Positions 35,681-46,569 of a stretch of DNA of 64,000 bases are shown here, in pieces. The stretch lies in contig NC_058368.1 of assembly GCF_018350175.1 (NCBI RefSeq), positions 175,028,001-175,092,000 on the forward strand. Direction: 5' to 3'. The notes under the pieces are model-generated. The model was not told the origin of the DNA, did no database searches, and was given only the letters and a program-made list of their open reading frames with translations. The stretch is from Felis catus (taxonomy: Eukaryota). Numbering within the stretch: the stretch's first letter is position 1; every line of letters begins with the position of its first letter. The position numbers were made by a program, and so were the translations under genes.

Positions 35681-36639
35681 ACCACGGAGTCCTCTCGTGA
35701 CTTTTGGCAGGGATGGGGAGGAGGTTTTGCCTATGGGCCAGCTCTGATGGGTTGATGGGGCTGCTGGGAACATTCTGCTCTGTCCAGTTTTCCAGACCCG
35801 TATTTGGGCTCATGGGAAGGAGGGCTGTGATCTCTCTGTCAAGGTCAGAAGGGAGGATGAGAGGCAAATGATAAGCTTATACTGTCCCTGACTTTCCCAA
35901 ATGCTACCCCCTGGCGACTTCTCATGATGACTTTAGAGGAAGCATTTCTCTTCCCGTCTGAATTTCCTTCGGAGTCTGGGAGGAGAGAAAGAAGGTCACC
36001 ACTTGAAAAGATGCATGTTCCTCAGTCCAAGTCAGAGGAGCAAAACAGAGCAGGCGGTGTGTCCGAGAGACTGGATTCCAGGGAGACCCGAGGCTGCACG
36101 TTTGAGATCAGTGCGGAAGTAGAGGGAGACCCCAGATACCGTATTCGCTGGTTGACGTACGTGCGTGAGCTGGAGGTGACTCCACGTGACTCTCGTGGCT
36201 GCGGGCTCCTTTGTCGCTGACATCCTGCGCCCTCCCTGGGGGAGAGGTGGGCCTGGCAGAGGGCCCCCCCGGAGGTAGGCTGAGGAGCGCTTTGGGAAAG
36301 GGGGAGAAGAATCCGGTTCGAGGAACCCCCTATCACAACCTTCCTGCCATCTTGAGTTCAACAAAGGCTTGGGTTCTTCCTCTCCGACTACTTTCCTCCG
36401 AGGTGATGAGGCACCAGTTCCGAGGGATGGAGTCGAAATGTTTCTGATTCGTTTACAGTTGGGTCAGCAAAACATGAACTGGTGGGGAGGAGACCTCCCG
36501 GGAAGTTATATAAGCTTCCTTGTGGAACCGAGAATCCTTGTTCCGGCCGGGCTTAACTAAATCAGCTGGGGCTGCACTTTGATTCTAAAGATAGAGCGGG
36601 GATGGGGGTTGGGGGGGGGAATCCCCTTCCCCCACTCCA

Positions 36640-37170
36640 GTCATCTCTGGTCTTAATTACACAAATCCCACCCTCCGGAAACAGAGATCCTAATTAATAG
36701 TAACTGAAGGAGGACCGAGATCTGTATACCCATGTGCCTTATCTCGGTAATTTCAGAAGAGACGTGAAAAAATGGATCCTGAACAACTGTTTGTCTAATA
36801 AACAGCCCCCCCCCCCGCCCCCACCGCCTTCATTTCCTGCAAAGAAAGCTCTGTTGCAGATAATCCGTCTTGGCTCCACTCGGGGCACATTATCATTTTT
36901 ATCGGCCTCATAAATCGCCTTTCCAGATTACACAGAAATATACATCGCCCCCCCTATAATTATTCCAGACCCCCGCCTTCTCCCTTTTCATTTTGATCCC
37001 AGGTAAACCCAGTCATTACCCACATCAGCGTGGCTTCCCCAAAACGTCAAGATTAAAACGGACCACGGAGACTTGCGCAAGACTGAGTCAGCCGAGCAAT
37101 TTGAACCAATAAATATCAAAGTCGTGTCTAAGCAGAGAACAATTCATTCGATACCACATCTGTCAACAGG
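36640..37170. promoter_or_regulatory. Candidate enhancer / conserved non-coding block
   Basis: Unique sequence with TAATTA twice, GATA motifs (TTATCT, AGATAA), C/EBP TTGCGCAA next to AP-1 TGAGTCA (37073-37090), and CCAATAAA+ATCAAAG. Confidence 0.5.
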
Positions 37171-37411
37171 CCTGTGGAGGATTTTCCTTCCTGGGGCTCC
37201 ACCCTGGCGGCCCCACTTACTCTTCTTCCTGATACTGTGGACAAGCTGGATTTGGCCTCACGGGAGGATGGGGCCCTGTGCCCAGAAAAGTGCCGGGTGC
37301 CAGCACTGGGGTGGGGTGGGGGGGGGGGTGGTCCCAGGGGATGAGCTCCCTGCCTTCCACCCGCTGTCAAAAGGGCCTGCTCTAATGCCTCAGCTGGGCA
37401 AGCGCTCTCTG

Positions 37412-37564
37412 CAATTAGCAATTCTTTTTTATTGGTTGATGTGGGCCTCGGGCCAAGAGGAGTTGGGATTGAATCAATATTCCTTTTATTATGTCATCAT
37501 AGCCAAATGAATTATGAAAACAAAAGCTCAATATGAAGCTGCCAATGCTAATTACTGGGTAGGA
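37412..37564 (-). repeat. Copy A of an unrecognised ~155-bp element (inverted partner at 44687-44845)
   Basis: Its reverse complement aligns by hand to 44687-44845, including 23 identical nt CTTTTGTTTTCATAATTCATTTG. Confidence 0.88.
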
Positions 37565-38387
37565 TGTGGAGGCACAATAAACAAAGGGTGCTCTGTCCGG
37601 GTGGGAGTCGTGGGGGCCGCCCTTTTGCCGGGTCTGGGGGCTGCCGGGCCCACCCCTGCCCTTCCCTGCCAGCCCTGGACGCCCGGGAGCACGTTGGAAA
37701 AGGGTCTAGCCTGGCCTCGGATGCCAGTTTCAGACCAACTCAATAGAATTCAATTCCAGGAGGCTTTATTGAGCACCTACTGGGTACCAACGGGCATGTT
37801 CTCTATGTCCGACCACGGTCTCTACTTATCGCTGCCTCTGGCGTCTCAGAGCAAAGAGGGCGTATCTTTAGAATCAGCCACGTCTGGCTTTAGATCTCAG
37901 CTCAGATGCCGTTGGCCGTGGAGACCTGGCTCCTCAGACCCTCCGTGTCCTCATTTGTAAAACAGAGACAGCAGCACCCGCGTCACAGATTCGAGGAGGG
38001 CTGAAGGGAAAATAATGCCAAATGTTTGGCACCAAGTGGGCACTGAACAAACGTTAGTAATTCTCCTCCACGTCCTTACCCCCTCCTGCTCCTCCTCCTC
38101 ACACCTCTCTATCCTCTTCCTCCTTTTTCTTCATCTTATTATCAAGCTCACCCTCACCATTTTTATCATCATCATTCGATGAGCATCCCCCGAGCCCAGA
38201 GCAGGGCTCACTTAAACGCTGTTTGCTGATTGTATGCCGGATGAGCGGGAGGCAAGAAGGAGGGAAATCGGTTTGTGGCGATGTGGAGGTGATAAAAGAT
38301 AATTCACATCAGGGTCTTGAACCCCAGAGCGGACGGCCTAATGGGGACCCACACGCAGCAAGTTAAACTGTAACAGAAAGCGGACGG

Positions 38388-38617
38388 GAGGGCGCCTGGG
38401 TGGCTCAGTGGGTTAAGCGTCCAACTTCGGCTCAGGTCATGACCTCACGGTTCGTGAGTTCGAGCCCCGCGTCGGGCTCTGTCTGGGCTGACAGCTCAGA
38501 GCCTAGAGCCTGCTTTGGTTTCTGCGTCTCGCTCGCTCTCTGCCCCTCCCCCTCTCACGCTCTGTCTCTCTTTCTTTCTCTCAAAAATAAACATTAAACA
38601 GATTTAAAAAAAAAAAG
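38388..38617 (+). mobile_element. Can-SINE
   Basis: Head, CT tract and A tail. Confidence 0.94.
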
Positions 38618-39372
38618 AGGAGAAAGGATAGTGGGGGGAAGAACACAGGATGTTTTCATGGAGAATGGCCACCTCTACCCCCTCTTTGCTTCTGTCTTGG
38701 AGAATTGAGCTGGGAGACTCAAATTCCTCCCTTTGTGGAAAAGTCCTTGGCTTCTCGAGTGGAGGAATGAGGAGGCATCTGCCATCTCAGATGTGCCCTT
38801 TCTGTCACGTCACAGGTGGTAGGAGGTGGGGTGGCTGGGGCGGGGGTGGGGGGGAGCAGGCTGGGAACGGTCACAAGCCCTCCCTGTGCAAAGATCATCT
38901 CTCAGACTTTTCCACAGTGATCATCTCAATAGTTCCTGAAGGCCCCAAGCTGCCTCCCGTGTTACAGAGAGACAAAACGGCTCCCCAAGATCACATGATG
39001 CAAGATAAGTCCTAGGGGGCTGAGTTCTCACTTGGCCCCATGATTTTAGGAGAGTCACTAACCTTCTAGAAGCTTTAGCTTGCTCGTCTGGAAGATGGGG
39101 ATGGTCGCGGTGTAGGGCCCACACACATGTTCACTGTAAATCTCATGACAGCTGCGTTTTGCCTCCAATGCTCTCTCTGTGCCTCCTCAGGGCCTCTAGG
39201 ACTTCAAGAGGGGAGGACTGGCCACATCAGATTCACCTTTGCTCGGCTTGACTCCCGTGCCTGGTACTGTGCTCGACTGGGAACGAGGGACAGCTCAGTC
39301 TTTGCTAAACGAAGCAGGATCATCGCAGTAAACTTTTATGCCATGAGCAGCAGCCTCTAACTAGTTTTTCTT

Positions 39373-39585
39373 GGGGCGCCCGGGGGGCTCAGTCGGTTGA
39401 GCGTCCAACTTCGGCTCCGGTCATGATCTCACAGTTCGTGGGTTCGAGCCCCACGTCGGGCTCTGTGCTGACAGTTCAGAGCCTGGAGCCTGCTTCGGAT
39501 TCTGTGTCTCCCTCTCTCTCCGCCCCTCCCCGCTCGTGCTCTCTCTCTCTCTCTCAAAAATAAATAAACGCTGAAAAAAATTTAA
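39373..39585 (+). mobile_element. Can-SINE (SINEC_Fc-like)
   Basis: Full body; TSD TAGTTTTTCTT. Confidence 0.95.
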
Positions 39586-40164
39586 TAGTTTTTCTTTCCC
39601 ATGGTCACAGGAAGCCTCTGTGGTGGGATTACCACCCCATTTTCAAAGGAAAAACTGACGCTCAGAGAGGAGAGGGGAGGACCCCGGTTGCACAGTCAGT
39701 CAGGGCTTCTAATCTGGGTCTGGTGCCTTTCCTGCCACGCTGTCCTTTGGGAAGAAAGAAGGAAGCCAACCCTTCAGCTCCCCACTGCAGGATGATGCCA
39801 CACATCCGGAGGCTCCCCAGTCCCCTGCTTGCAGAGGGACACATGTGTTCCTCAGCTGATCCGGGGGCCTCATCTCCAAAGACAGAGTAATCCAGGTCCT
39901 AGTCGTAAGGTGGTAGGAGAAAAACAGCTTTGATTTCCTGTTTACATCCCTGCACTGTGCGGCCCCGACATCGAATTAGTTAAGTCTCTTTGAACTTAAC
40001 TAACTTGGAGGTGTTCCTGTGATACAAAAGGGCTGCTGGAGGTGGTGGGATCAGACCGTGGGAGAATCGGTCTCCTTCAGAACACGGGGAAAAGAGAAAC
40101 GAGGAATCACATCTCCCATTTTTCCACTAACGAAACAGCCTCTGCATTTGGGGGACCAAGAGCA

Positions 40165-40690
40165 GCTTCAGGGGTGCCTTCACAGCCCAGTGGCACAGCT
40201 TAGGTTTAACGCCCGGTGGCCACCGCTTTGCAATTCTTAATGATCGTATTTTTGAGTTTGTGCTTTGCAGGTGAGGCCTGACAGGACAATGAAACATGTG
40301 CTGGGGACTTGGCATCTCAGTTCGCACCTGGTCCCACCTCCCTTTGCCTCCCCGGAGTGGATTCTCAGCCGCCTACTTCCTGCTCCACCCGGGGACCGCT
40401 GTCGTCCTTGCACCTGGCAGGGTCCTGGGCACAGGAGAGGGGCTGGGGTTGGATGCATGTGGCCCCTTGGATGAGTCGCAGGGCAGGGCTCCTGGCATTT
40501 CCAAGGTCTGTGTGCATTCTACAATTACGTCCTTGCCCAAGTGACCACGGCGTTAAATAGCAAATAAAAATCACTTTGGTGTTTGGAGAGACTTTGTGGA
40601 AGAAAAGAAAATGCTTTTTCTCTGCTCTCTGAATAAGAGCCCTGCACTTTTATTTTGCATCGGGCCCTGTAAATCATGGGCTCGGCCCTG
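40165..40690 (+). mobile_element. MER45B/C-like hAT-Tip100 element
   Basis: GGTTTAACGC...CAATTCTTAATGA...GGACAATGAAACATGTGCTGGGG, ending TTTTATTTTGCATCGGGCCCTGTAAAT...GGCCCTG, which is similar to the element at 13792-13947. Confidence 0.65.
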
Positions 40691-40829
40691 ATAGCACTTC
40701 GTCAGGACTGAACACGAACAGAAGCCGCGTGTGTTTCAATTCATCTCCGTCATACAGCCCAACGATGGCTGGTAGACAGGAGGCCCGGGGACAAGACAGG
40801 ACAACCCAGTGGATACCGGCGTGGGCTTT

Positions 40830-41010
40830 GCTATCAGCCTCTGCTTCTCCCTGCTGTGTGATCTTGGACAAGTGACTTTGCTTCCCTGAGAGTTTGTTTT
40901 CTTATCTGTCAAATGAAGATAGTAGGGTTGTCAGAAACATTCACTGAGAACATGCAAAGCGGAGCAGCCCGACTGACCCAGAACAAGCGCTAAGTAGATC
41001 AGAGTTGTTA
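40830..41010 (+). mobile_element. MIR
   Basis: GCTGTGTGATCTTGGACAAGTGACTT...GTTTTCTTATCTGTCAAATG. Confidence 0.68.
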
Positions 41011-41120
41011 TTGTTTCATCATAGTCATCTGCCACCTGTGTGACCTTGGACACATTATTGCCACGTGAAAACACCTGATACCATGCCTGTTATATAGTCT
41101 AGGGTCTCACAAATCAATAG

Positions 41121-42378
41121 TATACTCATATATATATGGTCAATCAATTTCCTACGGGGGTGCTGGAACTGCACAAGGGGGGAGCTATCACCCACAAATG
41201 GTGCTGGGAAAACCGGAAATCCCTACGCAGAACAACGAAGTTGGGCCCTTACCACATACCGTACAAAATTTAATTCCAAACGGATTAAAGGCCAGCCTAA
41301 ACTCCAAGGCTAAAAGTCAGAAGACAACACAGGAGGAGATTCTCATGACCTGCACTGGACAGTGGTTTCTTGGACATGACACCAGAAGCAACAGAAAACC
41401 CAGATAAACTGGGCTTCGTCAAAATTAAAAAAAAAAAAAACTTTTGTGCCTCAAAGGACACCATCAAGAATATGCAAAGACAACTCCTAGAAAGGGAGCA
41501 AATGAATTCTGATAAAAGCTTAATATTTAGAATATATAAAGAGCACCTACAACTCAACAGCTAGAAAACAAACAGCCCAACTCAAAAATGGGCAAAGAAC
41601 TCGAACAGACATTTCTCCGGAGAAGATGCACAAAAGGCCAACAAGCACACGAAAAGATGCCCAACTCATCATCAGGGAAATGCAGATCGAAACTACAGTA
41701 AGATTTCATGTCACACCCACTAAGATGGCATATAATTTTAAAAATTTTAAAGAAGAGAAAACAAAATAAAAAGCGTTGGCAAGGATACAGACAAACAGGA
41801 ACCTTGTTCTTTGCTGTTGGGAACATAAAATGGCACGACCACTCCGGAAAGCGATTTGACACTTCCTCAAAAAACTAAACATCAGGTTCAGCAATTTCAC
41901 TCTGATGAAACTGGGCTGTTTGTCTTTTAGTTGTTGAGTTGTAGGTGCTCTTTATATATTCTAAATATTAAGCTTTTATCAGAATTCATTTCCTCCCTTT
42001 CTAGGAGTTGTCTTTGCATATTCTTGATGGTGTCCTTTGAGGCACAAAAGTTTTTTTTTTTAATTTTGACGAAGCCCAGTTTATCTGGGTTTTCTGTGTG
42101 ATTCCACCTACATGAGCTCCATAGAAGAGCTGAATTCATAGAGACAGAAAGCAGAGTAGAAGTTATGAGATGCTGGGGGAGATGGGAAGGGGGTGCTCTA
42201 ATTTAATGGAGAGTTCAATAGAGTTTAATAGAGGGTTTCTATTTCAGATGATGAAGTTCTAGAAATGCATGGTGGAGGTGGTGGCACCACGTTGTAAAGA
42301 TACTTACTGCCCCAGAATCGTATACTTAAAAATGGCTAAAATGGTAAGTGCTATGTATATTTTTACCGCAATAAAAAC
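41121..42378 (+). mobile_element. L1MB-like LINE-1 3' part containing an internal inverted duplication
   Basis: ORF2 C-terminal-like fragments (KIKKKKNFCASKDTIK, SDKSLIFRIYKEHLQLN) and the 3' UTR end ACTTAAAAATGGCTAAAATGGTAA...TTTTACCGCAATAAAA. Confidence 0.9.
41912..42097 (-). repeat. Inverted near-identical copy of 41391-41579
   Basis: About 4 substitutions plus a poly-A length difference over about 187 bp; ORFs 41370..41564(+) and 41927..42139(-) share almost the same peptide. Confidence 0.95.
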
Positions 42379-43035
42379 GACAATGGTTACTTCTTAATTT
42401 CTGAGTATTCATCTTCTTACCTGTAAAATGCAGTGAGAATGTGTGCCTCGTCTCTTGTGAGGCTCTGTGAATTAACACAGGAGGAAGAATCCTGGACACA
42501 TCAGTGGACATTAACAGGTCAGCCACTGATGTCCTGCTCCTGGCCCCAGCCACTCCACACAGACCTGAGGCTTTGGCTTTGCCAAAGGAGAGCTGGCTGT
42601 TGATCAGGAGACCTAAGGATAACCCAGGCAAGCCCTTTAGGAGTTGTGACTTTTCATTTATGGAATTGTTTACCCTGGGACACTTGTCAGGGAGGTGCTC
42701 CTCAATCAAAAGAGTGCAATAGGTTTGAGAAATCATTAGCATTTCAAGGCTCTGAGAAGTCCTGCAATTTAAAAGGCACATTTCATGGTGGGGAACCTGA
42801 GATTTTTCAAAACTTCTTGGAGTGTGAGTCTTTTTTCCATGAAACATTCACGGACTACTTTTAGGGAATACTTGTCTAGAAGCATTCAAAGGTGAAACAC
42901 CAAGTAGGCCTGTGAGTAAAGACACATGGCCAACTCATGGAAAGAGACACACCCACAATTCCGTGATTTCTTGCCCTTCATTCACTGCATTAACTGAAGA
43001 TCGGCTAAATTCCCCCAAAGCAGCTCAATAGTGTC

Positions 43036-43270
43036 TTTTTTTTTTTTATAAAATGTTTTTTTTTTTTTTTACGTTTATTTATTTTTGAGACAGAGAGAGA
43101 CAGAGCGTGAACGGGGGAGGGTCAGAGAGAGAGAGACACAGAATCTGAAACAGGCTCCAGGCTCTGAGCGGTCAGCACAGAGCCCGACGCGGGGCTCGAA
43201 CTCACGGACCGTGAGATCATGACCTGAGCCGAAGTCGGACGCTTAACCGACCGAGCCACCCAGGCGCCCC
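43036..43270 (-). mobile_element. SINEC_Fc-type SINE
   Basis: Reverse full body; TSD CTC(A/G)ATAGTGTCTTT. Confidence 0.96.
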
Positions 43271-43514
43271 TCGATAGTGTCTTTATTCATTTACGCATGC
43301 ATTCAGGGAAACTTCGCTGCACGCCTACGGTGCACATTAGTTTTTTAGTGATTACATCTTCTGACATCTCTGGGCCCACGTTCTAGTTGTTGCAACATCT
43401 GGAGTTCACGGTCCCCCCCCCCCCCCGCCAAAACGCCCCTAGTTCCCAATTGCCGCCTTCGCTGACTTTTGCTTTATTCCGTGCATTCTTTTCCTACTTA
43501 CTATTTTCCTGATT

Positions 43515-43635
43515 TATTTATTTTTTAATTTCAAGTTTTCATTGCAATTCTGGTTAGTTGACGGATATGGTAAGATTGGCTTCGGGCGTAGAATTTAGTG
43601 ATTCATCGCTTACCCATAACACCCCGTGCTCGTTA
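43515..43635 (-). mobile_element. Short 5'-truncated carnivore L1 3' end
   Basis: GTAGAATTTAGTGATTCATCGCTTACCCATAACACCCCGTGCTC preceded by a T-rich tail. Confidence 0.68.
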
Positions 43636-43762
43636 ATTATGTGCATTTTCTACCCGGACCTCGTAAACAGTTGAGTTTATGATCTCTATGAAAGATACTG
43701 CATCGTCCCCCATCTCCAAACTGTTTCTAAAATGTAATATATATCTCTCAATATCACATATG

Positions 43763-43763
<1 letters not shown>

Positions 43764-43794
<31 letters not shown>
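43764..43794 (+). repeat. (GT)n microsatellite
   Basis: Read directly from the sequence. Confidence 0.95.
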
Positions 43795-43796
<2 letters not shown>

Positions 43797-44686
43797 CTAT
43801 CTCTTTGTTGGTCCCCCCTCTGAGATTACACAGCAGACTATGTACTTTAGATGGAAATGTAGAGTGTCATCCAATTTCCCCGTCTGGGACTTCTTGACCA
43901 CTGCTATCAGTTTTCTCTATATAGCTCTCCTGACTTGGGTTTCCCTGTGCCTGCAGCACAGCCAGTTATTTCGAAAACAACCAGTTACTGTTACCCAGCA
44001 TTTTTAGAAAACGGTGGTAACGTTTACCAGAAGTTTTCTGTGGGTGACACGCATCTCCCGCTTTCCAAACAATCAGCTGTAACAGGGACCAGCTGCTTCT
44101 CAACATAGCTGGTTGTTTCAAGATTTTTCAAATAGCTGGTGGTTTCCCCGAACTTGCCCTTGATTTTTCACTTGTCGGTGTTTGCAGATCTTCCGTCGGT
44201 GGGGAGTGCAGCCGGGGTTACTTCTAATCCTGTTCTTCTCGCCGCCCCCCGGTCACGGTGTCTTCCTGTGCCCTGGTGCTTTCCAGACATGGGTTTTTCA
44301 GTAATCACCTTCATAACGTTGGCGGCGTGATCATATCCTCCGTATCCCTAAGAGTAGGCACTGGATAATTTTTAAAACTCAGTGCGCTATTTTTTCATAA
44401 AACTGCGTTATCATTGCCGGAGATGGAAAACCACGATCATTTTGCATCGGCGGAGGGAATTGTCCAAACAAATGCATTCAAACACACACAATTGCTACTT
44501 AATGCTGACGCCATGCTGTTACTGGCCCCCCCTTCTGTTACAAAGAGGGTTACGGGGCTGTTTCCCTGAGTCCAAAGGTGGACCTGTGACGAGGCCGGTC
44601 TTGTCCGAAGACCCCCGTGGACCAGGCCGATCCTCATCGTTGTGCTTCTCCCAGCCTTTCTTTCCTCCTTCTCCGTGAACTTTGTG

Positions 44687-44845
44687 TCCTACCCGGTAAT
44701 TAGCACTGGCAGCCTCAGATTGGCTCTTTTGTTTTCATAATTCATTTGCTTTTGATGATATCATAAAGAGTGTATACATTTCATCCCCCTCCTCTTAATG
44801 TCCTGGCCCCACGCCCACATCCACTAATACAAAGACACTAATTAC
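44687..44845 (+). repeat. Copy B of the unrecognised ~155-bp element
   Basis: TCCTACCCGGTAATTAGCACTGGCAGCCTCAGATTGGCTCTTTTGTTTTCATAATTCATTTG... aligns to the reverse complement of 37412-37564. Confidence 0.88.
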
Positions 44846-45054
44846 TCCTTACTCTTGTGCCAGGCACTTTGGAAGCGTCTTTGGCTAATGGATGGAATTA
44901 ACCTTGTTTAACGTACAAATCAGCGGCCTAATTTGCCACGAATCCCGACTCCGCGGCTCCCCGGACCGTGGCTGGGGGGAAACGGCTTCCCACTCTCCCT
45001 CAGCCACGCTGGCAAAGAGAGCTGGTGATGCCAGCATGAGGCACAGCTTCCTCT

Positions 45055-45097
45055 GGGCTCCCCCTCCTCCCCGCGGGCTCCCCCTCCTCCCCGCGGG
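45055..45097 (+). repeat. 20-bp tandem duplication GGGCTCCCCCTCCTCCCCGC, 2 copies
   Basis: Read directly from the sequence. Confidence 0.9.
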
Positions 45098-45343
45098 GCA
45101 TTTGAGCTGAGACCTTTTCAGGGGGGAACCCCCTTGACGGAATGGGGGCCCCACATACGTTGCCAGGCGGGCTCCCCTGGAGCCCACCAAACCGAAAGAC
45201 TCACAGACCCGAGTGAAAATGCTCCGGGTCACATGGCTCGTTAAATCCATTGTAAAAGTAAGGTGAGAAGCGAGAGGAGAAAGCGATGGGTTAGTCAATG
45301 CCCTCGGGCACACCGTCCGAATCCTAGGCCCGGAGATGTTTGT

Positions 45344-45347
<4 letters not shown>

Positions 45348-45384
<37 letters not shown>
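45348..45384 (+). repeat. (CT)n microsatellite
   Basis: Read directly from the sequence. Confidence 0.95.
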
Positions 45385-45388
<4 letters not shown>

Positions 45389-46334
45389 GGTCAGCCTCCC
45401 CAGCTGACCGTGAGGTTATGAAGACCAGAGTCATGGGTGAGAAAGGGGGCGCAGCAGACGGAAGGGGCCTGGAACCAGCACACGTGCGTTCAGAGACATG
45501 CAAGGCTTGTCCCTCCGCCCGAGCTGTGGCTAACTGGTCAACCAGCTGAGCAGCTGTGGTTTCTACCTGAGGCTCTTGGACGTGGACCTTTGGCCGGCAT
45601 GGGTGTCAGTAAGGGTGGACAATCGGAGACCCTGGGAACGCTGAGGGCCCGTGAATATATAACGCCTGCCGTATCCAGATCCTTCTCCTCCTCCCCCGCT
45701 CCCTACCCCCAGGCACAGGCAGATACATGCTCTGCTCGCTTCGCCCGTGTTCCACCAGCTCACGAGCTGCTTCCTTCCTTCCTATTTCCTGGTACTCGGC
45801 TTCACCCAGCCGCCTTAGTTCTCTGCTTCTCTTGTTCTCAGTAAAGCTGAATTGCCTGTTCTCAGCCAAGGCAGGCAACTCACCTAACAGACCTGAAGGT
45901 TGAGCCCGTCGTGGCCGCGGGCAGATCTGGAGAGAGCTTTCCAGAGGAAAGAGAGAGACACTCTCTACTGACCCAGCTGCCTGGTTCACAGCCCTTCTAG
46001 TCTCAGCCCTCGGGCAGTTCCGACGACCTTGGCTGTGGCCGCTGAATGATCGTGGCCGAGAGCGAGGTTTGGGGGTCACACACACCTGGCTCAGAACCCT
46101 GGTTCTTCTTCTCCCCGGTAGTGTGACCGCTTCCCTCTTCTGAGCTTCTGCTTCTTCGGCAGAAACAGGGAAGTGAGAGCCATTGTGTTGGGATTTGGGG
46201 AACCGCACGGAAGGTGGCCCTTACACACAGCGGGGGCTCACTTAGGCGTTGCGGCAACAGACGCTTGCCGCGTGCTTACTAAGCGTTCGGTGCCGTGTTA
46301 GTAGCTGAGGACTGTGTTAGAATAAGTCAGAATA

Positions 46335-46569
46335 GGGGCGCCTGGGTGGCGCAGTCGGTTAAGCGTCCGACTTCAGCCAGGTCACGATCTCGCAGTCCGT
46401 GAGTTCGAGCCCCGCATCGGGCTCTGGGCTGATGGCTCGGAGCCTGGAGCCTGTTTCCGATTCTGTGTCTCCCTCTCTCTCTGCCCCTCCCCCGTTCATG
46501 CTCTGTCTCTCTCTGTCCCAAAAATAAATAAACATTGAAAAAAAAATTTTTTTAAATAAAAAAAAAAAA
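46335..46569 (+). mobile_element. Young SINEC_Fc-type SINE
   Basis: Near-consensus; perfect TSD AGAATAAGTCAGAATA. Confidence 0.97.

Noticed and set aside
45606..46208. 200-aa ORF, and similar 140-180-aa ORFs at 37514, 42326 and 55576
   Set aside because: No recognisable domain; composition is typical of GC-rich non-coding DNA and some partly overlap MIR-like sequence.
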